Source: Amoebidium appalachense (taxonomy: Eukaryota > Protista > Ichthyosporea). From it: 64,000 bases of DNA. Below are positions 41,488 to 53,435 of the stretch, one piece after another. The DNA is taken from positions 1,426,001-1,490,000 of the forward strand of contig CAVNZM010000014.1 in the NCBI GenBank assembly GCA_963693365.1, written 5' to 3'. The notes beneath the pieces were generated by a model, which worked only from the letters and a program-made list of their open reading frames with translations, ran no database searches and had not been told where the DNA came from. The translations under genes and the position numbers were made by a program. Each line of letters begins with the position of its first letter. Positions within the stretch are counted from its first letter, which is position 1.

Positions 41488-41532
41488 ATTGGCTACCCAA
41501 AACTTTCATCTGCTTACGGAACATATATAAAA
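41488..41532 (+). promoter_or_regulatory. putative fructokinase promoter (inverted CCAAT + TATA box)
   Basis: GATTGG at ~41488 and TATATAAAA at 41524-41532. GTGAGT donor at 41653 and CAG acceptor at 42300, five nt before the ATG, imply a 5'UTR intron. Confidence 0.45.
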
Positions 41533-42156
41533 GGTTTCTGTGTTAGCCGAGTCCTCCGTTCAAGTTTTCCTTTTCAAAGCCGTGGGTCGTTGTTACAGCT
41601 AACTTTTTCCGTACCTACTCTAACCTCCCGCCATTTTAATTTTTTCAACCGGTGAGTTTATTGGCACCTCCTTCTACTTTATATTCAGTCGTCCCTCATT
41701 ATTCTGCAGCTGAACGTGTGATTCTAGCCATGCAAAGGATGCAAGATCCTGTAGGTTTCAAAATGCCTGGATGATGGTTTTGATACTTTAAATCGAGCAC
41801 ATATGCTACTCTTCACACACCCACTTTCTGAATATTCACTTTATTACCACAAGCAGCTGAAACCATGAGTACACACTTATTTCAGCACCCTTCTCGTGTA
41901 ATGGTTCTTTGCATATATATCATGTAAACACGTTCAGTGGGAATCACCCCCCCCCCCCCTCCCCCCCCCCCCCCCCCGGGCCCCGCCCCGCCCCCCTTGA
42001 ACATTCATTGCTCCTCGTGCTGCCCGTTTCACTCCAGCCCACCTCCCTAGTCCGTTTGTTCCGCAACTGAAGTTGATAAAGCCATGATTTGCTGTTACTA
42101 ACGATACAGTGCCTGCAACATGGAACCCCAGTCCCCCCAACACTCTTTCCCCCTCC

Positions 42157-42191
<35 letters not shown>

Positions 42192-42225
42192 AACACACAC
42201 ACACATACGGACGTCATACACACAT

Positions 42226-42300
<75 letters not shown>

Positions 42301-42305
42301 CCATC

Positions 42306-42536
42306 ATGGTTAAGTTCGCAGCTGTTGAGCTCGGAGGGACCACCATCCGTGTTGCTATTTGTGAAGATGACCCCACTAAGATCGGCAAAGTGCACGAGAT
42401 CAGAACCACCACCCCGGATGAGACTTTGGGTGCCGCTGTTGCTTGGCTGACGGAAAACGGTCCCTTTGATGCTCTTGGGGTGGCCAGCTTTGGCCCCGTC
42501 GATCTCAAGAAAAATAGCCCAACGTAAGTGTGTGTG

Positions 42537-42568
<32 letters not shown>

Positions 42569-43565
42569 CGTGCAGTGCTGTGTGTAGTGCTGTGAGGTTG
42601 GTCGCTGGGGTGGGTGGTGGTGGGGAGGGTGGGGATGAGGTGTATGGGAGCCACGAGGTGCTGATCAATCCAAAAGGGATATTTTTTTTCTTCCTTTTCT
42701 TTGTAGAGGGGGGGGGGGGTCAGGACTCACGAAGCCAGTTTGGACAATGTGTGTGGTGGTAGTTTGTGGGGAAAGAGGGGAGAGAGGGGGGGGGGGGGGG
42801 GGGGGAGGTAGAAACAGAAGGCTATCAATAGTTCGGTTCAAGTGAGGGGCAGAAAAGGCAGGGAATGAGAGACGAGAGGGCTGGATGGTGTGAGGAGGTT
42901 CGGATGAAGTTTTATACCTGTACTTCGGGGGGAAGGAGAGGGGGGAGAGGGCTTGTTTTGGAGCCAAAGAAAGTGCTCATGATACAAGGGTCGAGGGTGG
43001 AGAAGCTGGGTGGAGGAAGATAACTGGGTGTGATTGAATAAGGGGAAATTGTTATTGGGGATGAAGGGGGGGGGAGGGGGGGGGGGGGGGGGGGGAGGGA
43101 GGCAGTGGGGAGAGCAAATCGAAGTGCTTCCGTAAAAAATGATGGATTGTGGTTGGAAAGGGACTTTTGGGAAGAGGAGGAGCTGGGCTGAGAGGTGGGC
43201 ATACTTAAGCAGTAACGAGAGATTTCATCTACTGGGTATGTCGAAAGTGTAGGGTAAAAAAAAAGAGGGGGTGGAAGTACACGAGGAACACAAGGGGGAA
43301 ACGTGAACAAGGAGGGGTGATCTCATATCTGCATACCTGACACTCTTCATTCCGCCCATTTCCAGACACACACACACACACACACACATTGCTGTCCTCC
43401 CTCCCTTCATGGCATCCGACTTGCTCTACCCACCACCACCCCTACCACCAACAACCCCTCCCCCTCTCCCTCCCTCCCCCACAACCACCACCAATCCCCC
43501 CCCCCCCCCCCTTCCCCTCCCTCCCCTCCCCCGCTACGCCTTCCCCCATTACACCTTCCCCCCCC

Positions 43566-43596
<31 letters not shown>

Positions 43597-43892
43597 ACAC
43601 GCACACACATGTACACACAGATACGGCTACATCACGACCACGCCCAAGCCACACTGGGGCAACACCAATGTGCTTAAGTACTTCGAACACTTCAACGTGC
43701 CCACTGCATTCGACACAGATGTGAATGCCCCTGCACTGGCTGAGGCTGCATATGGTGGTCACCAGTATGTGCCCCATCCCCCCCCCCCCCCCCCCCCCCC
43801 CCCTTGCCCCCCAAAAATGATGCATAATGTGTGTGCTTTGCAGAATCTGCATTGTGTTTTCCGTTGCCACGACCTACACATTCACACATTCT

Positions 43893-43942
<50 letters not shown>

Positions 43943-44124
43943 GGTGCAGGCCCTCTTCAACCCGTTACACACACGAAAGTCACACACTTTTTCTGCATGT
44001 CTCATCCCCCCTCCCCCATCCTGCCCCCTGGTCCCAGCCCTACATCTGCCGAAAGTTCTGCTCTCTAATCTTTCTTAATTTTTTAGCAGTTGCTCCGGTT
44101 AGCTATCCCCCCTTCCCCCTCCTC

Positions 44125-44170
<46 letters not shown>

Positions 44171-44782
44171 CACCACCACCACCCCTCTCCCCTCTCCGAG
44201 GAAGCTTTCTCTCTCCTCACTTCATTGCAACACACTTCACAATCCCATCCCTTCAACTTGTTGCCCTCCTACACCGACTAACATTTTCACTGTTTGCACA
44301 CCCAGGGACAGCAAGTCGTGTGCCTACATCACAGTGGGCACTGGTGTTGGGGTTGGGGCCGTGATCAACGGCAAGACCGTGACTGGCCTCATGCACATGG
44401 AGGGCGGCCACATTCTCGTGCCTAAGGCCCCTGGTGACACTTTCGAGGGTAGGCACCCCGCTAACCCCCCTCCCCCCCCCCCCCCCCTTCCTCTCCCTCA
44501 CGCGCACACACACACACAGAGAGAGAGAGAGAGCGAGCGAGAGAGAGAGAGAGTGTGTGTGTGTGTGGGAGAGGGAGAGAGGGAGAGAGAGAGAGAGAGA
44601 GAATTCTCCCCCCTCCATTTTTATGGGCCCCTTTAACCGGACTAGGGGAAAGCCTGTTGCATTTTTCTCTCCAGAGCATATTGGTAAAGAGAGTGAAAGA
44701 GTACGAGTCTTGTCACCTCCCGGTGACCCGGTCTTTGGGGAAGCGCGCGCGTGTGTGTGTGTGTGTGTTTCGAAGGTTGGGT

Positions 44783-44830
<48 letters not shown>

Positions 44831-45374
44831 TGGTTGGTTCGTAAACAGGAGCATTACCTGGGGCGGGGGAGGGGATTCCGGGAGAGAGGGAGAGATGCAT
44901 ACACCAGCACCTTGGTTTAGCCGCATGAATACATTCCCGCAAACTACATCTCGACGCTAATCCCTCTTTCTTCGCCACCTTGCAGGGTCGTGCCCCTTCC
45001 ACAAGTCCTGTGTGGAGGGTATGGTGAACAGCAACGCACTTGCAAGCCGCAAGGGGCTCACCATCCATGACCTTCCCTCTCTTAAAGACGATGACCCACT
45101 TTGGGATATTGCCGCTCACTATCTCGCAGCCCTGTGCATGAACATAACACTCCTTCTCTCTCCCGAAGTTATCGTTCTGAGCGGTGGTGTGCTTAAGCGC
45201 AATTGTCTCTTCCCGAAGATGCGCTCGCGATTCACGGAATTGCTTGCGGGGTATGTTAAGGTGGACAAGATTGCAAATCATATGGATAAGTATCTGGTAC
45301 CTTCCATTTTTGGAAACAACATTGGTATTATTAGCGCGTTGGAGCTTGCTCGCCTCGCTCACAGCACGCAGTGA
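42306..45374 (+). CDS. ROK-family fructokinase (ScrK/YdhR-GmuE-like), 4 coding exons
   Basis: Exons 42306-42523, 43621-43764, 44306-44448, 44986-45374 splice in phase (GT-AG). Motifs AVELGGTT, GVASFGPVD, YGYITTTPKPHW, FDTDVNAPALAE, YITVGTGVG, HMEGGHI, CPFHKSCVEG (Zn site), LSPEVIVLSGGV. Confidence 0.93.
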
Positions 45375-45795
45375 TTGGGTTGATTCTTCGCCCCGTCTCC
45401 ATAATGCGCCTGCGTACGTGAGAATGCGTGAGAAATGTGTCGTATGTCTAATTAGAAGACAGAAGCGTGTGATTAGATGTTACAGGAAAAGTTACAGGGA
45501 AATTCCTTGTCTTCCTTTTCTATGACGCTATCTACTAGTTTAGATATTTGTGTTTATTGTTATCTCGATTGACCGTGTAGTGTTACCTAAAAATTGCTTT
45601 CTTCCTGTTCTCTTTGTCTGAAAATTCATCGGCACGGCAGGCATGACTGTGGTTTATGCCAGTGGCAAGCCACATGCCCATATCGCTTATGTTTTATCTT
45701 TTGTTGAATCAAACGCAGTGCTCTTATATAAAACTTCATGTTTGCGCTAGGTTCCGAACCTGCCATTGAATGACGCTCCGTCATTCCCGTCAAGC

Positions 45796-45832
<37 letters not shown>

Positions 45833-45970
45833 ATACACACACACACACACACAACACCAGAGCCATCAAAGGTCGATTCCTTCCATTCTTTTGTAAAGGC
45901 ATGGGAACCCCTCCTGATGGTGGATCATGGGCTCTGCCGCTCTTCAAGCGTCGGCCTGTACCCTTCGAAG

Positions 45971-45974
<4 letters not shown>

Positions 45975-46020
<46 letters not shown>

Positions 46021-46021
46021 T
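45975..46021. repeat. (ATT)n microsatellite
   Basis: About 15 ATT units. Confidence 0.9.
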
Positions 46022-46677
46022 AATTTCTTTGGTGGGGGGGGGGGGGGGGGGGGGGGGGGGTTCGGCGTCCTCCCTGTTTGAATTTTTCGGCGACATTGTG
46101 TTTTTGCGAAGTTAACATAATAATCATGTGGTATTGTTTTTTCGACGGTCTATCGTGACTCCTTTTCCACATCTCAGAATCCTCTACTGATGCATTTCGA
46201 ACTCCACTCTTAAGCTTATGTAGACTAGTTTCCAGCCAGCTCCCCGCCCCCCTCCCCCCCCCCCCCCCCCCCCCCCCCTCCCCCCCCCCCCTTCCTCCTC
46301 CCCCCAACGGCAACAACCCTCTTCTGGCAGGCTCCAGCAACCCGGCCGGGGGGGAAGGGGGTGGAGGGGAGGGTATGAATGGTGACCTGCATACAGTATT
46401 TCTAGCTAACAAACATAAAACTCGGAATAAAAAATGTTGGTACCAGTTGGACATTTGTGTATTTGGCGCTGCCCAACACCATTTAACACTGAATCATGGG
46501 CCGGGTATTATTATGAAACAGCTGCATGGCTGCAGCCATATGTATTGACGAAGTGCAAGAACAGACTGCACCAGGAAAGACACCGTCTTGTAAAAAAGAC
46601 TAGCTCCATAATTTCCCATGGGGAGCCCGCGCGAGGGTGGGGTGAGGTAGGGTTGGGGGAAGGAGGGGATCCGGGGG

Positions 46678-46720
<43 letters not shown>

Positions 46721-46982
46721 GGGGGGGGGGGGGAGGGGGGGGGGGGAGGGGGGCAGGGAGCGGAAGCCTAGGCAGGGATTTCGGGAACCATGCAGTACAC
46801 AAAGGGATTCTTAATTTTGAAACGGGAGGGGGGTGGTAGCAAATTGAAGGGGGGGGGGGGGGGGGGGGGGGGGGGGACAGGTACCTCCCCACCCACCCCC
46901 CTCCCCCCTCCTCCCCTCTCCCACCCAACCCACCCCTCCGGCTAGCAGAGGAAGGGAGGACAGGAGGCCGGGAGGGAGGGAA

Positions 46983-47013
<31 letters not shown>

Positions 47014-47219
47014 GGGGGGGGGAGCACACCACCCACAGGCTGACATGCCTATACCAATTGAACCTGATTATATGCAGTAATACTATGACCGGTCCAGAGG
47101 TTTACATACATTAATTCCCAAACAGTGAACATTGAAACTTATGTAGTAAATAGGGCCGGTACTTGATCACCAGTGCTGAAACTAATGCTACGCCGTACGG
47201 CCATGCTCCGAGCCCTCCC

Positions 47220-47294
<75 letters not shown>

Positions 47295-47866
47295 CCCCCC
47301 GTCCCCCCTCCCCTCCCTAGCTCCCTCCCTCCCCCCCCCCCTTCACGGGCCTGGGGGGAACTCGTCTCCAGTCTCCCCACTGCGCGCACACACTCATACA
47401 AAAATTCCCCATGTCTTTAATTCACACGACTACACGAGGTCTTGCACACACATCACGAGATGCACAAACCAGCGATGCGCAACCGACAAGAACATGCATT
47501 TGCTCTCACCCCCACCACAGTGTCAGTAGCACACATATGTTCCCCACCACACAGACACGCACACGAACACTGCACGGCAAGTACAACAACATTGCCCCAA
47601 GGGACTCATAGTTCAGTAATAGCTGACCGCAGTAACCGCTTAAAGACTTTGGTGGGCCACGGAAGAAATGTTTCAAAGTGGCCATGCGCAATGCGCCGGG
47701 GAGGCTGTTGGAGGGGGAGGGGGTGGGGGGGGGGGGGGGGGGGGGGGGGGACCCACCCGGCCCACCCCTGCGGCTACCCTGGGGAGAGAGGGGGAGGGGG
47801 AGCCGGGGACGGAGGGGCGGTACCACCAGGCTGTGGACGCCGATATTTACAGCCCCCCGGGGCCGC

Positions 47867-47898
<32 letters not shown>

Positions 47899-48449
47899 CC
47901 CCCCCCCCACCCCGATTTTAAAACTCCCTATGAACACTGAACAGGCACAGGGCTTGCAGTAGTCAAATAAAGAGCAAGGCACTGTACTGGTCAGTTGGGA
48001 TGGAGGGATTCCACAGGCATGACTGACTTGTGTTGGTGAACACAGGCCCATTCTTGACCAAAATTTAGCCATTCATGAAAGATTTGGTGCTTACTTTCGG
48101 TTTTTATGTGTTGCTTGGTTGGAATCTGCTGAATCACTTGACTACATATGGGGGCGCGGCACCCCGTGGATGTGACGTCACAGGTGTGACGTCACATCCA
48201 CACGGTCCCGCAGCCCCCAAAGATATGGCATAGGTGGATATGAGATGTGTGATATCTGTGTATATCGCGATATGGGATATGAGATATGGGTGGATATATG
48301 TACAGGAGCACGTGCACACACTGTGTGTGTGTGCAAAACACGTGCAGCGCACGTGGTTTTAATTAAATAATTAAAGAGAGAGAGGGCGGAACACGTGTAC
48401 GCGTACGTGTACGCGTACATGTGGTGCGCACACGCACAGGTGCTGCGGA

Positions 48450-49322
48450 TCGAAGGAATGCGAGAATTCTGAATTCCGGCGAAAACTGGCTGATTTGACA
48501 CGTTGATTGAATCTACTTCAACATTTACTCCATCAAAAGGGTGTGTTTGGGTGAATTTATCATACTCGATGTATGCATTTCTACTGAGTGCATCACAATC
48601 TTTCATACTTTCACCTTTTGCATAAAAAGCCTTGTAATCAAACGAAGCTAACTCTGCAGCCCACCGTTGCATGCGTTCGTTGGTTAGCTTAGTAAGACCT
48701 TTCATGGCTAAAGTAGGTTTGTGATCAGAATACACCTCAAACGTCCTACCTACCAAAATATGTCTCCACTCTTTGGTAATGAAATGATAGATAGCATGAC
48801 TTTCCCGTTCTGGATTACTGTAACGTCGTTCCGTGGGGGAAAATACTCGACTGCCATATGCAACTACTCTATCTACTTTATCCTGTTCTTGATACAGTAT
48901 GCCACCCTCACTGACTAAACTGGCATCTACCCGAACTCGGAAAATACCTTGTGTGGGGGAGAAATCGGGGTGAACGAGAACATTATCACTTACCAATACT
49001 TCTTTTAACCGTTCAAAAGCTTCTAAAGCTTCAGAGTCCCACAACACGGGGGCTTTTCTGTCACCACCTGTCTGCTTAGTAAGAGGGTGAGCAATTTCGG
49101 CATACCTCCGTATAAAACGACGGAGGTAATTGGTTAGTCCTAGAAACTGCCTGAGCTGAGTGACCGTTTTAGGGTGAGGCCATTCTGTAATAGCCTTGAT
49201 TTTACTAGGATCAGGAATAACACCATCCTTCGTGATCCTATGACCCAGGAATTTAACATCTTGCACCCCCACTATGGTCTTTTTACCACTCACTTTCATA
49301 CCAGCAGCTTCCAACACAGAGA
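48450..49322 (-). mobile_element. Ty3/gypsy pol 3' part (RT thumb + RNase H), integrase and 3' LTR missing
   Basis: ORF 48178-49317(-): VKFLGH, LRQFLGLTNYLRRFI, VRVDAS, RYSNPERES, YSDHKP, DCDALSR. It begins with the same LEAAGMKVSGKKTIVGV that ends the + strand pol ORF at 56976. Confidence 0.92.
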
Positions 49323-49507
49323 GGTTTTATTTGTGGAAATTATTGACATAAATATTTTTCTGAGTAAACACGTAGGATGGGTGTTCGGTACCAACATAAC
49401 CATGTAGGCTTCATTTCGTGTTTTAGCAGTTAGCGGTTGGCTGCCCGCACACGGGCACCTATTAGCCAGTCAAAACATCAGATACCACAGATCACTAGAC
49501 CGAGTTA

Positions 49508-49585
49508 TGATTGGCTCGGATGAGTTTTCACATATCACTAGATCGATTTTTGATTGGCTCAGATCGGTAGGCTTAGGTATATAAG
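49508..49585 (+). promoter_or_regulatory. promoter in repeat A (two GATTGGCTC boxes + TATATAA); duplicated at 52980-53057
   Basis: Inverted CCAAT boxes at ~49509 and ~49552, TATATAAG at ~49578, about 120 bp upstream of the gag ATG. Confidence 0.55.
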
Positions 49586-49700
49586 CACGACAGTTTTTAG
49601 CAGATCAGCAAGCTACAAACACATCTTCTGTGTTTAGCATCCACAGCCTTACAGCTATATATTCCTTTTCTTCTCCCTATCTTTCCCTACGCCGGTCAGC

Positions 49701-50870
49701 ATGCCGCCGAAAAAGCGCCAGGCCTCAGCCGCCGCCCCTGCCGCGGCACCTAAGCGCCTGACCCGCAGCGACCTCCGCCACAGGCTGACCAACGCTCCCG
49801 CGGGCACTGACGCGCCTCCAGCGATCCATACCACCCCGGACCCTCCGGCTACTCTCCCCTCTACTCCTGAAGTCCCTCCTCAGGCCCCACCGTCCCCGCC
49901 AATGACTTCTCAAGACGCCGTCCTTGCCGCCCTCACCGCCATCAGCACCCAGATGGCTGGCGTCCTGGCCGCTCTCACCAACCGCGACCCTCCCGCGCCC
50001 CCCGCCGCGCCCTCCGCACCCGGGGCGGTTTCCCTGGGGCTGCATCTCGGCCCTGACCTGGATCTACCTGCCCTGCCCGTGCCCCCCATTACAGGTGAGA
50101 ACACTGGCGACATTCAGCCGGGCACACTCCCGCTTCCCCCCGCGGATGTGCTGGCAGATTTGCGCGCCAATCGTTTCGTCGACCTGTATAAGTTCACCCC
50201 CGCCGCCCTCCTGGCCCCATCCAAGAAAGGTCAGCATCTGCGCATGGCCGACGACGGCAGCATCGAGACTGTTCGCCAAGACAACCCTGTTCCCCTGCGT
50301 TCACTCGTCATTTGGATCCAAGCTTGGACCCATTACATGGCCGCCAAGCACCACCTCGGCCTCCCCACGGACAAAGAAGTACTTTGGACTCAGCACATCA
50401 CTCGCCTCAGCACCCGATACCCGTGGGCCCAGATCCACAACTATGACGTATACGCCCGAACCGTTGCCCACCAGCAGGGTCGGGCTCCGATCGAGTGTCC
50501 CAACCTGCTCGCCCAACTCCACCAGGATCTCCTCCTGCCACCCACTCTGCTCATACCGGACACATGTCAGCGCTGCGGCTTCCCCGACCACCCCAGCGCG
50601 GCCTGCCCCATGTACCCCAAGCCCGGCTGTGGTCTTGATGGTTTCGAGCCGCCCCACAAGCCCGGCGGGGGCCAAACCCCCCAACCGACCCGGCCCGCAA
50701 CCCGGCCCGGCACCACCGGCCCGACCCGTGGATCTACCCGCGACACACTGCAGGAATTTCCACAACGGTCGGTCCTGCGCTAAACAGCCCTGCCCCTTCT
50801 CCCACGTGTGCCCGCTCTGCTCTGGCACAGTGACCCCCGCAAAGACTGCAAGCACATTGCCTAGTCTACG
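49701..50870 (+). CDS. gag-like protein of YR element (CCHC + CCCH zinc fingers, frameshifted near C-terminus)
   Basis: ORF 49701-50783: Pro/Ala-rich N-terminus, W..AWTHY and YPWAQIHNYDVYAR (Ngaro-gag-like W...YD..R), CQRCGFPDHPSAAC knuckle. The +1 frame continues CRNFHNGRSCAKQPCPFSHVCPLCSG. Confidence 0.8.
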
Positions 50871-51260
50871 CGCACACCCACAGATAGAACATAGGGGCTA
50901 GGAGCTAGGTTACACGGGTCCAAGGACACGGAGCTCGGGAAAAAACGGGGCACTAGGGCTGAGTAACAATTTTCGCAGGCCAACTAGTACGGCGCCCGCG
51001 CGCGCCAAGAATAAATGTCCCTACACAAAGACGTTATTCTGGCCACTGCACATAATTTAACCCCCCCCCCCCCCCCCCCCCCCATCCCACGAGCCTCCCC
51101 CCCTTACACTCACCTAGCACTCCCTCCCCCCCCCCTTTCTTCTAACTCTGTGTACGCCTACACCCGCGTGCTCGGGCATCCCCTGCACAGGGCCCCGCTG
51201 CCCTCCCTGCAAACCCTCCCTCGGGCCCTGCTGCCCTACTCTAAACCCACCGGGGCCCTG

Positions 51261-51296
<36 letters not shown>

Positions 51297-51613
51297 ATGC
51301 CGGGATCTCCCCGAGGGTGCCCCACCCTTGCTAACCACCCCTTCCCCCGAGGCTCAGCCCCCGGAGGCCCGCCCGCTGCCCCGGAGGCCCGCCCGCTGCC
51401 CCAACACCACGGTGACACCTCCCGCCTCCGGGAGCTGCTGGCCCCCCCTACCCAGCCCAATCATTCGCCGCGCAGCTCCTCCGTAACCAACTTCCCCGGA
51501 CCCAAAGACTCCGACCTTACCTGCAACCGGAGCCCTGCCCCTTCCCCTTCTGAGTCCACAAATTCTTATCCCTTCCCCTGGGCTCACCCCCCCCCCCCCC
51601 CCCCCCCCCCCAG

Positions 51614-52677
51614 ATCTCCCCTTCCGGAGCAACGCTGGCCGATTGGCCCCCCACTTTGCTCCGGCCGAGCTGCTTCGTGCCACCACTACCCTGCAGGAAT
51701 GCCAGGCCCTGAGTCTCAACCTCGACTCTCGGGCCTTTTACTCCCGGGTGCAAAAAGTATTCATCGATTTTTGTGTGGCATCTCGGCTGCAATCCTCCGC
51801 CGGGTCCTCCCTCCCGGCCTCCCCCCACACCGTGCAGCTTTTTCTTGCCTGGTGTGCCCAACGAGGGGTACAGGCCTCTTCCTTGGCCGGCTACAATTCG
51901 GCCATCACCAGACTCCACCTCGACATGGGCCTCCCTGCTCCCTACCCCCACGACAAGTCTCTGGCCTGGTTCCTCCGAGGGGTGGGCAGCGGATGGCAGC
52001 TTTCTCACAACATCCGACCCCGATCATCCACCAGGGAGCCCCTCCTGCCCTCCCACCTCAGCCTACTCCATGGCCAGTGCCCTACCAAGGCCTCCTCGGC
52101 CAATCTACGGCTATGGACGGCCCTCATCGTCGGTTTCTGTGGTCTCCTCCGTTCAGGGGAATTTACCTCCAAGACCCTGACTTCTTTCGACCCGTCCCGT
52201 CACGTTAAACGGAAAGACGTGACCTTCACCTACACCCCCACCGGTACTTTGTCCCATGCCACCCTCCACCTGCCAACCTCTAAGACGGATGTACAGGCCC
52301 GAGGTGTCAACGTCACTCTAGCTGCCCTGCCCCTCACCCACTTCTCCCCAGCCCATCTCCTCCGTCAGTTCCTGGATACAACGTCCGGTCAACCCGACGA
52401 CCCCCTCTTCAGTCTCGGTGGCATCCCCTACACCAAGAGTGCTTTCTCTGCCGACTTCCGTGCCCTCCTCTCCCGGGCAGGCCTCTCACCCTCCCGGTTT
52501 GCCGGACACAGCCTCCGCATCGGGGGGGCCACAGCACTGGCTGAGGCCGGGGTCGACGACTCCCGGATCAAACAACTCGGCAGGTGGTCCTCCGACTGCT
52601 TCCTGATCTATACCCGACTTCGTCCGGCCTCCATTGCTGCCACCACCACACGTGTATTCGCCTCTATTCTTAAGTGA
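51614..52677 (+). CDS. tyrosine recombinase (DIRS/Ngaro type), apparently intact catalytic set
   Basis: FCGLLRSGEF (R), SKTD (K), GHSLRIGGAT (HxxR), IKQLGRWSSDCFLIY (W, Y). No in-frame ATG ahead of the N-terminal domain; preceded by a poly-C + CAG acceptor-like site at 51613. Confidence 0.93.
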
Positions 52678-53435
52678 AACCTTTGGAGCAAGCATACTGC
52701 TCTCGTGCCGTGGTTTACAACCATTGCAGGTTCACTTTCGTCCAAGGGGATGTCCCCCTAGAGGCAACACACGTCCCGGAGTAGTTTTCATAGAGGTTTT
52801 ATTTGTGGAAATTATTGACATAAATATTTTTCTGGGTAAACACGTAGGATGGGTGTTCGGTACCAACATAACCATGTAGGCTTCATTTCGTGTTTTAGCA
52901 GTTAGCGGTTGGCTGCCCGCACACGGGCACCTATTAGCCAGTCAAAACATCAGATACCACAGATCACTAGACCGAGTTATGATTGGCTCGGATGAGTTTT
53001 CACATATCACTAGATCGATTTTTGATTGGCTCAGATCGGTAGGCTTAGGTATATAAGCACGACAGTTTTTAGCAGATCAGCAAGCTACAAACACATCTTC
53101 TGTGTTTAGCATCCACAGCCTTACAGCTATATATTCCTTTTCACCCACCCACCTACACCCACACACAACCCCCATTGATCCACACATACGTGCTGTTTTT
53201 TCACGGGGCGAAGACTTCCCCCGTTTTTTGGGCACATGGACCTCACGGATCAATAAATTGATGACTGGGGGCTTGCCGTGGTTTACAACCATTGCAGGTT
53301 CACTTTCGTCCAAGGGGATGTCCCCCTAGAGGCAACACACGTCCCGGAGTAGTTTTCATAGAACACTTACAAGCTACACCAATCCAATTGCTATATTGCA
53401 AAACTTCCGTCTCGGCTGTTGCTTTCGCCCCCAAC

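Larger units (their letters stand above)
49320..53362 (+). mobile_element. Ngaro/PAT-like tyrosine-recombinase retroelement, RT-less, split direct repeats A1-gag-YR-B1-A2-spacer-B2
   Basis: A1 49320-49670 = A2 52792-53142 (351 bp, one visible mismatch). B1 52706-52794 = B2 53274-53362 (89 bp). AGA is present at both ends and at the internal B1/A2 junction. Flanks rejoin to the gypsy RT antisense sequence CCAACACAG-AGA-ACACTT. Confidence 0.92.

Noticed and set aside
44253-45362. 369-aa minus-strand ORF
   Set aside because: Antisense shadow of fructokinase exons plus repeat-rich intron.
51015-52208. 397-aa Pro-rich ORF overlapping the YR as a hidden RT
   Set aside because: No RT/RNase H motifs; openness is explained by C-rich composition and overlap with the YR frame.
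49320-53142. The 351-bp direct repeats read as LTRs of the gypsy element
   Set aside because: No TG...CA ends, PBS or PPT. They are part of an A1/B1A2/B2 set enclosing a tyrosine recombinase and they interrupt the gypsy RT.
53205-53222. AAGACTTCCCC shared between the element 1 spacer and element 2 repeat B
   Set aside because: An 11-bp match in opposite orientation relative to the two elements; compatible with chance.
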